Source: Ptychomitrium polyphyllum (Eukaryota). Taken from it: DNA of 64,000 bases. Both the position numbers and the translations under genes were made by a program. Below are positions 1 to 11,180 of this stretch, one piece after another. The notes under the pieces were generated by a model. That model was not told the DNA's origin and did not search any database. It saw only the letters and a program-made list of their open reading frames with translations. Position 1 is the stretch's first letter; each line of letters starts with the position of its first letter. The DNA lies in NCBI GenBank assembly GCA_973851085.1, contig OZ316776.1:7750001-7814000 (forward strand), written 5' to 3'.

Positions 1-3000
1 CATTAATGGACAACAAATAACACTGTATGTTATTTAAAAAATAAATTTTAAAAACATCCAATTTGCTTGTTAAAAAAAGTCCTTAATAATGTTTTTTTTG
101 CAACAGTAGAATTACTTGGTGTAGACAATAAATTGACAAAATAGAAGATAGATCAATTTTTTAAAACAAATATAATAGCTTTAAAAAATGCCATAAATAC
201 TAAGATTATTTAATTTCTAATTTTTTATCCTTATTTATTCTTTGTAATCAATAAAGCACATTTTAATTTTTTGTTGTTAAAATTTGTTCATTTGTCATTA
301 GGCATGAAAGAATATGCTAAATATACAAACATGTAAAGACAATATAAATTGATTGAAATCTAATTTACAATTCAAATAGAATTGCAAAATTAATGAGTGT
401 ATTGGATGAATATTTTAAAGACAATACTAGTATTGCCACTATTTGTGATTTGAGAAAATAAAAAATACTGGTAATAATGTCATAATATGCAAAAAGCTGC
501 AATTCAAATTTTTTTACTGAATTGTATTTCTTACAGCATGTTCTAAGAAAAATTCAACCAATGAGCAATCAAGTATGTAAAAATACTTAATATAATAAAA
601 AACTCCATTCAAAAAAGAAGTATGTATTAAATTACAAAGGTTAATGTGCACCAAGGCAACTTATCTTTTTGAACAAGTTGTAAAATTAGTGAATTAAGGA
701 GATTTGGCATATTCTAAAGAAACAATTTTTATATAAAAGTAAAGTGGATTTGAGTGATGACAAGCTATGAATGAAGTGCTTGATGTAAATGAAATTAATG
801 ACTTGTATTCAAATGATTCATATAATAGCGTCATTGTAGGTTTTCAAGTCTAATTGGAATAATGTGTAATTGGATAACTCAAAATAGATGGTTCAATGCA
901 AATGCTAAAGAAAAACAAACTTATTTCTTTTTTAATCTTAAAATTTTGATGTTGATGAAAATTGGTGGAGTGGTTTTAAGAATATTATAACCATAAGTAA
1001 ACATCATAACAATGTTACATGTATTTATAATTTGAATGGAAAAAATGATTTTTTATTGAACTAAAAATAAATAAAGCATCTCTTAAAACAAAGAAATTTT
1101 AAGTATGAAGGCAACGAAGAATTGAGCCATAATCAAGAACAATAAGAATACTATTTTCATTAAAAAATATGATTTAAAGGATCAACTTCCTAATAATCCT
1201 TAAACAAGTATTGTGGAAGAAATGTATATTGATTAGCACTTGAATTGAAGAATTAGGAGGTGGAAAGAATTGGAAGAACAAATATAACAAAGAATATGTA
1301 TAATTACTCATAATATTTGAAAGCATTTACTTAAGGCTTTCAAAAATTGCATTAATATCTCTTCTTCTTATTAGAGTTTGAATCTTTGTTGTAAAGTATT
1401 TGAACAATGTTAAAAATTAAATTTGAAGTTTTAAAAAAAAAAATTATTTTGGGTAGTAATGAAGGTACTTTATAGTTCAAATAAGGCATCAAGAACAAAA
1501 TTTATTTGTCAAATACTAGTGGAAATATTATTGGTATTGACAAATTTTTAAAGAATAGAATGCCTAGATTCCAAGAAGGTTATAACATCATTAAATTTGG
1601 ACATTGTCATATGACAAAGTTTAAATGTATACTTGGAATATATATATATTTTTTTCATACAATTCTTTGATGTTATTTTGTATAATCTTTAAAGTAGCAC
1701 ATGGATTTAAAATGATTTTTTTTTTTTTTGGCATTAAAAAAATATATTAGATGGTGCTTTTGATCTTTAAGTTGTTCGGTTGTTAAGTTGTCATTGCTTT
1801 CTATAGTAGAAGCAATTTTTTGTGTTATTTACAATAATCTATAATTTATACCTTGTGAGAAGCATTTCAATTTTGATGCTTTAAAGTGGTATAATTTCCC
1901 ACATTGAGGGGTGGTACACAATAAGCTTTCAAAAACATATTGTAGCTTGAAGAACTCACAAATTGGAAGATATATTAAATAAGCAAGGACATAAAGATAT
2001 TAAAGCAAGAATAAGGCCAATTTATACATGGAACAAGTCTATTATTGAAATTGATATTATTACTACAAAAAAGGTGATATTCATTGTGAGCATTAAAAAA
2101 TTTAAGGCATTGTTATTATTTCATGTATTGACAAATAGGTCATTGTATATAATTTATTAATTAATATACTACAATTTTCTTTATAAAAAAATAGTTCATT
2201 AATTATACACATATATGTGTAGAAGAAAGAACTTCAATAGTGTTAAAGGCGTATGACTATTCAATAGGAAGCTGTAACTATGTAGTCAATTGGTGCTTAA
2301 ATTAATTTGTATAACATCTAGTAATAAGAGATTAAACATAATTTTGAAATTGGCCATTTTCTAGTCATTATAAGGATCAAAGAAAGATTATGCATTGCAC
2401 CAACAAATTTTTAAGGTAATTTACACATTCCAACATATTCAATAGATACAATATAAAATTTTGCTCATTAATTGTACCTAATTCTAAGCTACCCTACTCT
2501 CACTGAAATCCAAAAGAATATAATACTTCCATCTAGTTCAAAAGACAACTACAATAAACATTTAATTTTTTTTTATTGGACTATTTGAAACAAGTTGTAT
2601 ATTTTTCAAGCATGTAGAATTCAAAAATAAAATTTATGCTTATAATTTATTGCATTTAGTATTGTTTATTAAATATTTAACATTCATATTAAATCATTTA
2701 AAACACTATTATAGGAATATAATAAAAAATTCAAAATAGGTTTTAAAAATACTAATAATTGAAGAACATTTACATCTACTAATTTTCTTTTGATAACATA
2801 TAAAAAGAATGTAATGCACATATTATGACACCTTGTCTCTCCTACAACATACTTCACTCCTACAAACATATTTGGTAGGATTTTTATGCATCATTTAGTT
2901 TTTGTAAAACAAGATTCAATAAATTTTATGATGCCATCATCTTTTTTAGCCCATGAATAAATGCGACATTCACTACATGAAGTCCGAAACCCGCATACTT

Positions 3001-3677
3001 ATTGCTAACTGTTTGAAACGAGTAATGCAGACTGCCTTTTGAAAATGCTGTGAAACATTTGTACATATATTCAATTTTGACTCGAATACAAAATGAGAAG
3101 AGGATAGGCAAGGGTGGGGGTGAAACACCAGGAGTACTGTAGTCCAGAGTTGAAACATAATTCCCGAAGAAATGCGAGGGCCTTGTCACACGTAGTCTGC
3201 AACGGTGTTTTCCATGCTCGGAACGAATGATTGAGAACTGTCCAGAACTGTCGCCTAGGGCTCACGATCATCAAATTAGGTGACAGTCAATCAGGGCCTG
3301 GTGCACTTGGTTAACCTTGTCTTGCTGCCATGTGGCGCACTACTGAGGCTCACCAAATAGATATCGAAGTGCATTGCTGTCGCTCGAACTCTCGACACAA
3401 TCAGTGACCCCATCTGCGGACTGTACCAGATTTGTACAGGTCAGGGTACCACCAGGGATACCCGCCAAGCTCTCCAGGGTAAGGGCTCCATACCCTCCGT
3501 CGTGAGCCAAATTCGGTTTGTGCTTGTGTCGTTACCTGCGTGTGCCGACGGTTTGCGCACCAACGGTACCTCTTAGAATTCCGCACCACGGATACTGGTT
3601 GTGGTCGCACAGCACGGGTTGTGGTTCTCCTCTGTGCTCTCGGCGTCCTCCGGTGCGTGCATCATAGGGAGTGAACG

Positions 3678-3770
3678 AGACAGACAGACAGACAAACACT
3701 GAGTGCCTGCCTCCCGGGGCGTCGCTGGGGTGTTCAGGGTGTGAGCCAGACGGACAGACAGACAGACACA
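3678..3770. repeat. Two short (GACA)n microsatellite tracts
   Basis: gagacagacagacagacaaac at ~3677 and gacggacagacagacagacac at ~3749, each preceded by a similar gtga motif. Confidence 0.8.
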
Positions 3771-5790
3771 AAGTCGCTTCAGATTACAGTGCCGCGAGTG
3801 GGGAGTAGATGCTTCGGAGGGGGACTCCTAGTTCGTCACCGATTCCAGGCCCATTGTGCTGTTTTGATGGTGCGCAATTCCTTCCGCTCTCAGTCCTAGT
3901 CTAATGGCGTCTGGTTTGGGACGAGGATGTGAACCAGACGGGACTCACCTGATGGGCACTGCTTTTTTCCATGATTGCGGTTGTGAGCAGTATTCATCTG
4001 GCCACATACTAAGCTTCTGTTGAATTGGAGAATCTGCCAAAGACACCATGATTATTCAAGCTGAGGAATCATAAAATGAGAGTGTCTGATTTCTTCTCAT
4101 GGTTCTGCTTCTGCGAGGCTTTCAATGATGGCATTTAGATTTCTTTATCGTTGTTTTATTCTTGCGTGGGTGCATGATGTGTGTCTGTATGTATCCACGT
4201 GGGAACTGAGAGAGTTAGTGTGATCAGGTGGATGCATTTTTGCAACGCGGGTGTCAATTTTGTGCTGGATAATGACGCAGAGGTATGCATCAGCATCCGA
4301 AGACTTGTTCATGCGATCTGTGTTCTCAATTATAGCTTTAATTCAATGTGTACGTCGACCATGTGCATGAATAATGGACTTGTTATTCCATGACGGGCCT
4401 TTTCCCAAACCGACTATGGATGGAAAGTGCATCAAAGTTGAATTGTTCAGAATGAAAGATTTTTGTATTGGAATTAAACAACTAAAAAACTCTGGATCTA
4501 ATGTAATCTATCACAATAAGGTTAGAATACCCTCAGTAGATTTTAAAGAACAGTTACAACTACAATAAGATAGATAACATAGAAGATTTTAAAGGCAAGG
4601 TATCTACATGGAACTTAGAACTGACGGTCATCTATACTATTGTAAAAAAAGAAAAAAGAAAAAAGAAAAAAGAAAAAGAAAAGTAAGGAATAAAAATAAT
4701 GTTTTATGTTTTTTTAAATGTAAATCAAGAAAAAAATTACAGTTTAAGCATTTGTGGTTCAATCTTGAATTCTTGAATTGTTTGTTGCAAATGAATTAAT
4801 ATGTTGACTTTCCTTTTTTATTCTTCTTGTTGATTGCAATTGTTGTTTTTGTATGGTTTTTATGTTATTCCAAAGTAAACAAATTAACTAAGTTAATGTT
4901 ATGCTCTACAAGGTCTTTTTATTGTGTGGGATGAAATACTAATGTTGTCCTTTATAAAAACAAAAACCTTAAATTTATTCAAATCTTAGTAGGAGGATTG
5001 CTGAATACAGTAAGTGTCAATTATTTAATCCACTAATCACAAGTCAAATTGTTTACTCCATTGATAATTTACTCCATTGTTTACTCCATTTGTGCAGGCA
5101 ATGCTGTTGAGTAGAGTTCACTTGCGCCAGAATGTACTTATTTTTGGTTAGTTCTCATCAAATTGGAGTGAACAGTTCATGCAACTATACATAGGACAAA
5201 TCGACGACAGTTCAGGTTGTGCAGATTGTGCAGATTGTGGAAGTGTAAATTTCAGAATGGACATAAAAACAGAAAATAGTTTTGAAGTCTCTCAAAACAT
5301 GCACGAGGACAAATTGAGTCACTAATAAATTACTCTGAAGATTATGACTTAATTTTGACTAGCAAAGCCCATTCATATGCTAGGACAATGTGGCCCATCA
5401 TCCAAGTTTAAGCGCTAACTTAGACCCTTAGTATTCAAAAGGGACTGACATCGAAAGAACAAAATTTCGGAAGATATCTGAAGGCTTGCGTATTATCTGC
5501 GTGACAGCAAGGCTTTATAGTGACAAACTGCGATCGATTGAGTAGAAAGTCCGATGTCCTAATTTTGAATTCAAGACTGTACAAACCTTCAGCAAATCAT
5601 GTTTTGATACAAGTAAATATCCGGACCTCTTCTTTTATGGCAAAAATATGAGTCAACAGGATCAGTATTTTACATATTACCCTGCAGAAGGAGACGCAGT
5701 TGTGAGAGTAACAAGCGCCCATCAAGCATAGAAGGGAAGTTGATGTCCCAGAACGGACCAACACTCGGTAAAGAATAAGCTGTTGAAGAA

Positions 5791-8209
5791 TCACGAATCC
5801 TTGTTGGATCTGAAAGCATGTCTGAACCTGTCGCGCAAATGTTTGAAAGGTTGCTTGCTTTTCTCATCTCTACTCAAAGAGTTCTTCCTTTCCCTTTCCG
5901 CTACTCCGTCTTGCCTCTTTTCTTTCTTCTTCTTCTCCCTGTGCCCGAACGGCTTAGGCTCTACGACGTAGTTTGCAAATGTTTCAGGTTTCTGTACACA
6001 TCGAAAAGTAAACATTTGTTATGAGGGCCATTTTACTATGAACATTTGGACAAGTCTCCAGTTACGAACTTATCCCATTCACAAGAGTTTCTCACTGTCT
6101 ATAACCTAGACACTGTATGTTATGGGTTCAACATGACGGACTTCGAAACCCTATGATCTCAAGTGGCAATTAATCTTACCCCAGCAGGAACTTTGATATC
6201 CTCAGCTGCTTTGTGCTCGGATTCCTTTTGTACACGCTTGTTCTCCGTTACAGACCCAATTGTGCCATTCTGAGGCTCCTCCAGCGTGGATGCCAATGGT
6301 AACTTTCCATCTGCAAGCACGGCAGCATCCTCTTGTGAAGCAGGTTCTTTGAGTTTGGCACTTGCTTCAGCTATCAAGGGCTCCTTTGTAAGAGCTCCCT
6401 GAGGTTCCTCTGCTGTAGAAGCCAATTGAGGTTTCAAGGATGAAAGGACGATAGCATTATTCCCAGCATCGTTGCCCTGTACACGTTCTCCAGGCTCGAC
6501 AGTTGGTGCAGCTGTGGAAGGTTCCTTTACAAATGTTTTCGAAGGCTTCTGTACTATGGATGTCAATGGTAAATCCTCTGCAGCTGCAATATCACTGTTT
6601 TCACCAGTATCGCGTATAGATTCTGAGAATTTAGCATTCGATACAGCTGCCGAGGGCTCCTGCGCAGGCGTATTTTGAGGTTCCTCCATTGACGATGCCA
6701 ATGGGGCTTCCGAAGAGGGAAGCACGGTACTACCCTTATCAGCACTAACCTCTGGTGCAAGTTCGGCAGTTGGTGCAGGCGCCAGGAATTCCTTCACTAG
6801 TGCCTCCTGAGGTGTAGGACTAGTCCCTCTAGATTCACTGGGCATATCTGAACTTGCACCAGCCTCCGCAACAGGCTTCTGTTCGAGAGTTTCTAGAGAT
6901 TCAAGACTGCCACTCCCCTGATCTGCATCATGAAATTCCTCACCTGATGGACTCTCCAGAAGCTCACGAGCGTCTTGGACATCCAAATTCTCGGGCTTCA
7001 ATTTACCCGAATCGATATGAATTAATTTGGATCGAATGTTTGAAAGAGCATTCTCAATGCTTTCCACGTGCTGCAAAAATCATACGTAGTAGCAAAGAAC
7101 ATTTAAGGGCAGAGTCATTTGCAATTCTACCTGAAACCAATCAATTGGGGCACTGAGCTATGCAAATCGACATGGCCATCAACTAGATCAAGAGAACAAC
7201 CTCAGTAAGACGTTTCTCAAGAATTTGCACACGCTCAACCAATGTTCCCTTCGTCTCTGTCTCCTGCAGCAGAGACCTCGCTGTACGAAGCTTTTCCGTG
7301 CTCCGAGGAGTAGTTGGATGCGAGCGTGGTGACAAGTTGACCTCCGTCGCAAGTGTCTTTGAATTGTACTTCTCCTCTAACATCGCCATCTGAAGAGCAA
7401 AACCACTCAGAAGTCATTCAATAATGCTCTCTAACCAAATCCTTCTTACAAGAAAGCCTTCGCTTACTGTATTACAAACCTAGCTGCAATCAACTCCACC
7501 ATGGCTTCAACCTCAGTATGTAGATCCAAAACGAGGGACGTCCAGAAGAAGAGTCAGAGTGCAAATTTCGATCCACAGGATGCAGCTGCCTTGAAATTAT
7601 AGCCTTAAGCAACGAGAAATGAAAACGATAACGAAGGCATTGCCTGCATTTCGAGGTGACTAACGCGTTCCACGAGTGGTGTCCCGCAAGAGGAAGTAGG
7701 CGAGTTTGCATTTGAACCAAGACCTTCCACATTTGCCATTACAACCTGGTAACAAGATACAGGTCACGCTTCAGAAAGCTACACCACCTCGAAGGCATCG
7801 TTGTCAAGGTTTGCATCACCATCGTTAAAAGCCTCTGCACCCCGAGGTGTGTTCGTGAGAAACGTACCACTGGAACTTTGGAGCCTCCGACTGCTGATGC
7901 AATACGCTGCAATGCATCCACCGTCAAATCACCAATCGACTCCAACCCTTTTCCGACCTTCGTCTTCCCATCGGCATGCTTCTCCAGCGCTGAAGGACTT
8001 GCATCTGTGGTACCACCGTCTAATAGTTGAAACGCTTCATCGGATCTTGCTGCATCCCTAATTGCCAAGCCTCCTCTCTCGACTGAAAATTTCTCTCGTG
8101 AGCTTTTCATCTCCAACTCCGTTCTCTTATCCTGCCTTAACCCAGAATCAGGCTCCAACACCGGCACGCATTCCAACGAGCTTGGTGGGTCCCCGTTCAC
8201 GAACGCCAT
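5791..8209 (-). CDS. Uncharacterised plant protein (~574 aa) with a coiled-coil 'LVERV..LE...KGTLVERV..LE.R' motif, an acidic Ser/Glu/Pro/Ala repeat region and a basic C-terminus
   Basis: Exons 8209-7868, 7745-7644, 7389-7201, 7070-6180 and 5991-5791 all join in phase 0 (114+34+63+297+66 aa). Donors are GTG|gtacgt, CAG|gcaatg (GC), GAG|gttgtt and GGG|gtaaga; all acceptors are cag. ORF-track pieces 7739-8239, 7183-7389, 6159-7076 and 5791-6015 fit. A 5'UTR intron is likely (donor gtgagt ~8646, acceptor ttgcag ~8235). The motif resembles a small family of uncharacterised land-plant proteins (from memory). Confidence 0.8.
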
Positions 8210-10041
8210 GGCGCCCACAAACACCAGGTCCGCCTGCAAGAAACATTAATTCAGCTCACGACAAAACAATTGGACTTCGAACTGGTAGCAGCTGCAGTTC
8301 CAGCAGCCTGGAGATTCGAGAACAGGAACATACAGACCTCGCAACCTTCTCCTCAAAATGCCTATCTGCCATCGCGATGCAGCTTAACCTACTAATCTGT
8401 ACATCTTCAGTCAATCAGCAAATGCAACAGGGAAAAAAAAACAAAAGAACTGATCTAAACCCCGTCTAATCCACCCCTAATCCACCCTAAATCATCCCAT
8501 TATCGTCGATGGTTATAAATCCATTCATGAGCCGCAAAGTTTACGCAAGAAATTCACACCTCTAGATTATCGCCGGGCGTCTGGTGATCTTGAGTTGGAG
8601 TTTTTCCTCTGCAGTGGCAAAATGCAACAAGAAGAACGATACTCACAATTTACAGCAAGTGAAATCTTCGATTTATAAAGATAAGCACGGTGTAAGTGTT
8701 CTCAACGCTCGGTGATGCGCTCCCATAACTGTAGTTACAGTACTTAAATGCACGCTATACTGCTCAAACTGTCGCTTTACGGAATCTGGAACGTCGAGTC
8801 GTCGAGTGCCCCCAACCACTCACCCTCCCGACACCCCTGCATGGCCAGCCCTTACTCTTGTAAAGAATCTTCTGTCACTTGCGATCAAACACCACCCGGA
8901 GCCTCATCAGAGGTGAGTAATGGCGCAAATTGTCCGGCTGTGTAACGATTGTGGCACCTGTTTGTTTTCTCTACAATTTCATTCGCTGCAAATGACGGCC
9001 ACCACGTTGCATACTGTTGGTCTCCAAGGAAAGTTCGAAACTGCGTGGAGGCTGTCAACGTCGGTTACAACACTTGTCGCTGTGAGGGCAATGTGGGGAC
9101 CAGGGGCATTTTGCAGTTGCAAACTAGGGTCTAGGATAAGTTAGAAAATATTAAGAGTTTTGTTAAATATTTAGCTTGAGTCAGCAGATGGGCACATCCT
9201 TCTGCAGTAGTACTACGCTGTGTCTACTTTAGGTTGATTTTGCAAGGTTTAAGCAAATATCACCGCGGTGCAGAATGTGCGTGCAGAAGTGTTCAGTTTC
9301 TGAGCGTCGCTAGGCTATGTGAGCATTCAGCGTAGCTGCAGAAGAGGAGCCTTTGGAGTATGTACACTCGTGTAATGGAGAATTCATTGCTTGGGTGCTT
9401 TTTGTGTTATTCTCTGGATTCGCAAGCATGCAGTGATCCACGGCTGAAATGTAAGGCATATGCCGCTCCACTACGTACAATGTATACTTTAGGCAGCCAG
9501 GACGATAGAAAGCTTTGTTTCTTCTGTGGACCACCCCTAGATAATTGGTTAGGGACAGAGGACCACAAAATGGTACCCCAACAATTTCGTGCAAGCTCGT
9601 CTCAGTCTCTACATATAGTCTTCGCGTGAATTTTACTCCAACCACTCCGTAGGTAGCGTAGGGTTAGCATACCAGTTTAACTACCTCATTGTTCATTTCG
9701 TGATTTTCAGAGAGTGGCACTATACCAGTTCTTTGTTGATGCAGGAAATTTATGTTCATAAAAAGTGACTGAACTCAATCAAAAGCATGATAGTTTGTTG
9801 CTGTTTATATGTACGGTAGAAACCATGTGTAATTGATTAATCAATAAGGGATTACGAAAACAATAATCTGCTCTTTGTGTAACCTTTTTCAGTATAAGCG
9901 AAGGGAGTCAGAACAACCGATCAATGCCCATGTTGCCTAATCTAGCAACTATTAAGCGATAAATATGTCATTATCTAGGTCGTTTATATATCAACATGAA
10001 CACGAGATCGGAAAAAGAAGAACTGCATGTTAGTATTGTAA

Positions 10042-11180
10042 TTACCACTTGCAGGAAACAAGCAGGCATTTGCCCTTGCCATAGCCATTGTTGGCATCCT
10101 TGAAAGCCTGGACTTGAGCAGACTTCGCTTTCCACGAGCCATACAGCGCCTTGGAGAATTTGCTCTTGATTCCCCGAGGAGACATGTAGAAATGCTTATT
10201 AGTGCGGGAGTTCAGGAGAGCAGCTATGGCCTGACGCAGAAGCTCGTCACCAGTGAGGAGCCCACTTGCAAGAGTCTTGTACCCGTATTTCTTTTGTGCT
10301 CCTTTGCCAAATACACTGCCCACGGTGGTCTTCCAGGGCGACATATCCTTGGGCCAGTAGCATTTATAGTCAGGGCGAAGCCAGTCCCTGCGCAAGCAGA
10401 GGCAAAAGCAGAGTATGGTAAAAACCCTGAACCGAACAGTGTACTAGTAATGTGCAGATCTGGCAAGAGTATTGAGTTAACTTACAAGCATGAGCAAGTT
10501 GAAGGGCGTCTATTGGGAAAGGGGATAGTGATGCCGCCGTGTGAACGTCCTGGCGATGGACCTTTCCGAGGGCAGAATCCCATTGGCTTCGATGGTTTGT
10601 AAAACAAAGGGTCCACAATATACATCGCCTTGAAGAGAAACTTGGATTTCAAGCTCAAGGTCTTTCCTCCACCTCCGACGATGTTGCATTTGCCATCTGG
10701 GCTTCCGGTCAAGTAGACTGAGCATCCTGTCAGATCCTTTTTCCCTTTGAAATTCACTATGAAATCTCCCAGAAAATTGGTTGACGCTTGAGCGTAGTCG
10801 ACGACTTTTCCATTTTTGTCCTTGCATTGCACCGATACTTTAGCGTCTGTGAACCAAGCAATCGGCAGCATGGTTAGGGTTAGAAGATTGTTTTCAGAAA
10901 GAGTGATTTCTGTAAAGTTTTTCCAACTAAGTGACGATCGAATGGCAGGCGACGTACTGCTCATGGGATGTGCGAATGGAAAGACGTTGTTCTGAATGCA
11001 CTGATCGCAGAAAACCTTGCCAACAACAACGGCAGACCATATTGTCCAATCCTTCCGAGCTCCATAAACCTCCGTCTGTGCAAATGCCTGTCCTTCAACA
11101 GACGCATATGAACCCGAGCAGAAGCTTACGAGGATTGCCACAGCTAAAAGTACCCCTCCGATCTTCATTTTGTATTTCAT
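10042..11180 (-). CDS. Secreted Pollen Ole e 1 domain protein with PDF1-like C-terminal domain (FOCL1/At2g16630-like architecture), 309 aa
   Basis: Exons 11180-10958, 10846-10486 and 10387-10042 total 930 nt with GT-AG introns in phases 1 and 2. Signal peptide MKYKMKIGGVLLAVAILVSFCSGSYA; Ole e 1 motif VVVGKVFCDQC...AKVSVQC...TNFLGDF; C-terminal DW.RPDYKCYW...LLRQAIAALLNS...FKDAN...CLLVSCK. Upstream non-coding exon ends ~11780 (AAG|gtactc) with acceptor ttcag at 11202. Confidence 0.85.

Noticed and set aside
8455..8500. ctaaaccccg/cccctaat/ccctaaat as telomeric repeat or telomerase RNA template
   Set aside because: Only degenerate telobox-like words in a 5'UTR intron; no array and no snRNA-type promoter seen.
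10114..10602. 162-aa + strand ORF, plus ORFs 6854-7156, 7801-8061 and 8062-8469
   Set aside because: Antisense shadows of well-supported minus-strand exons.
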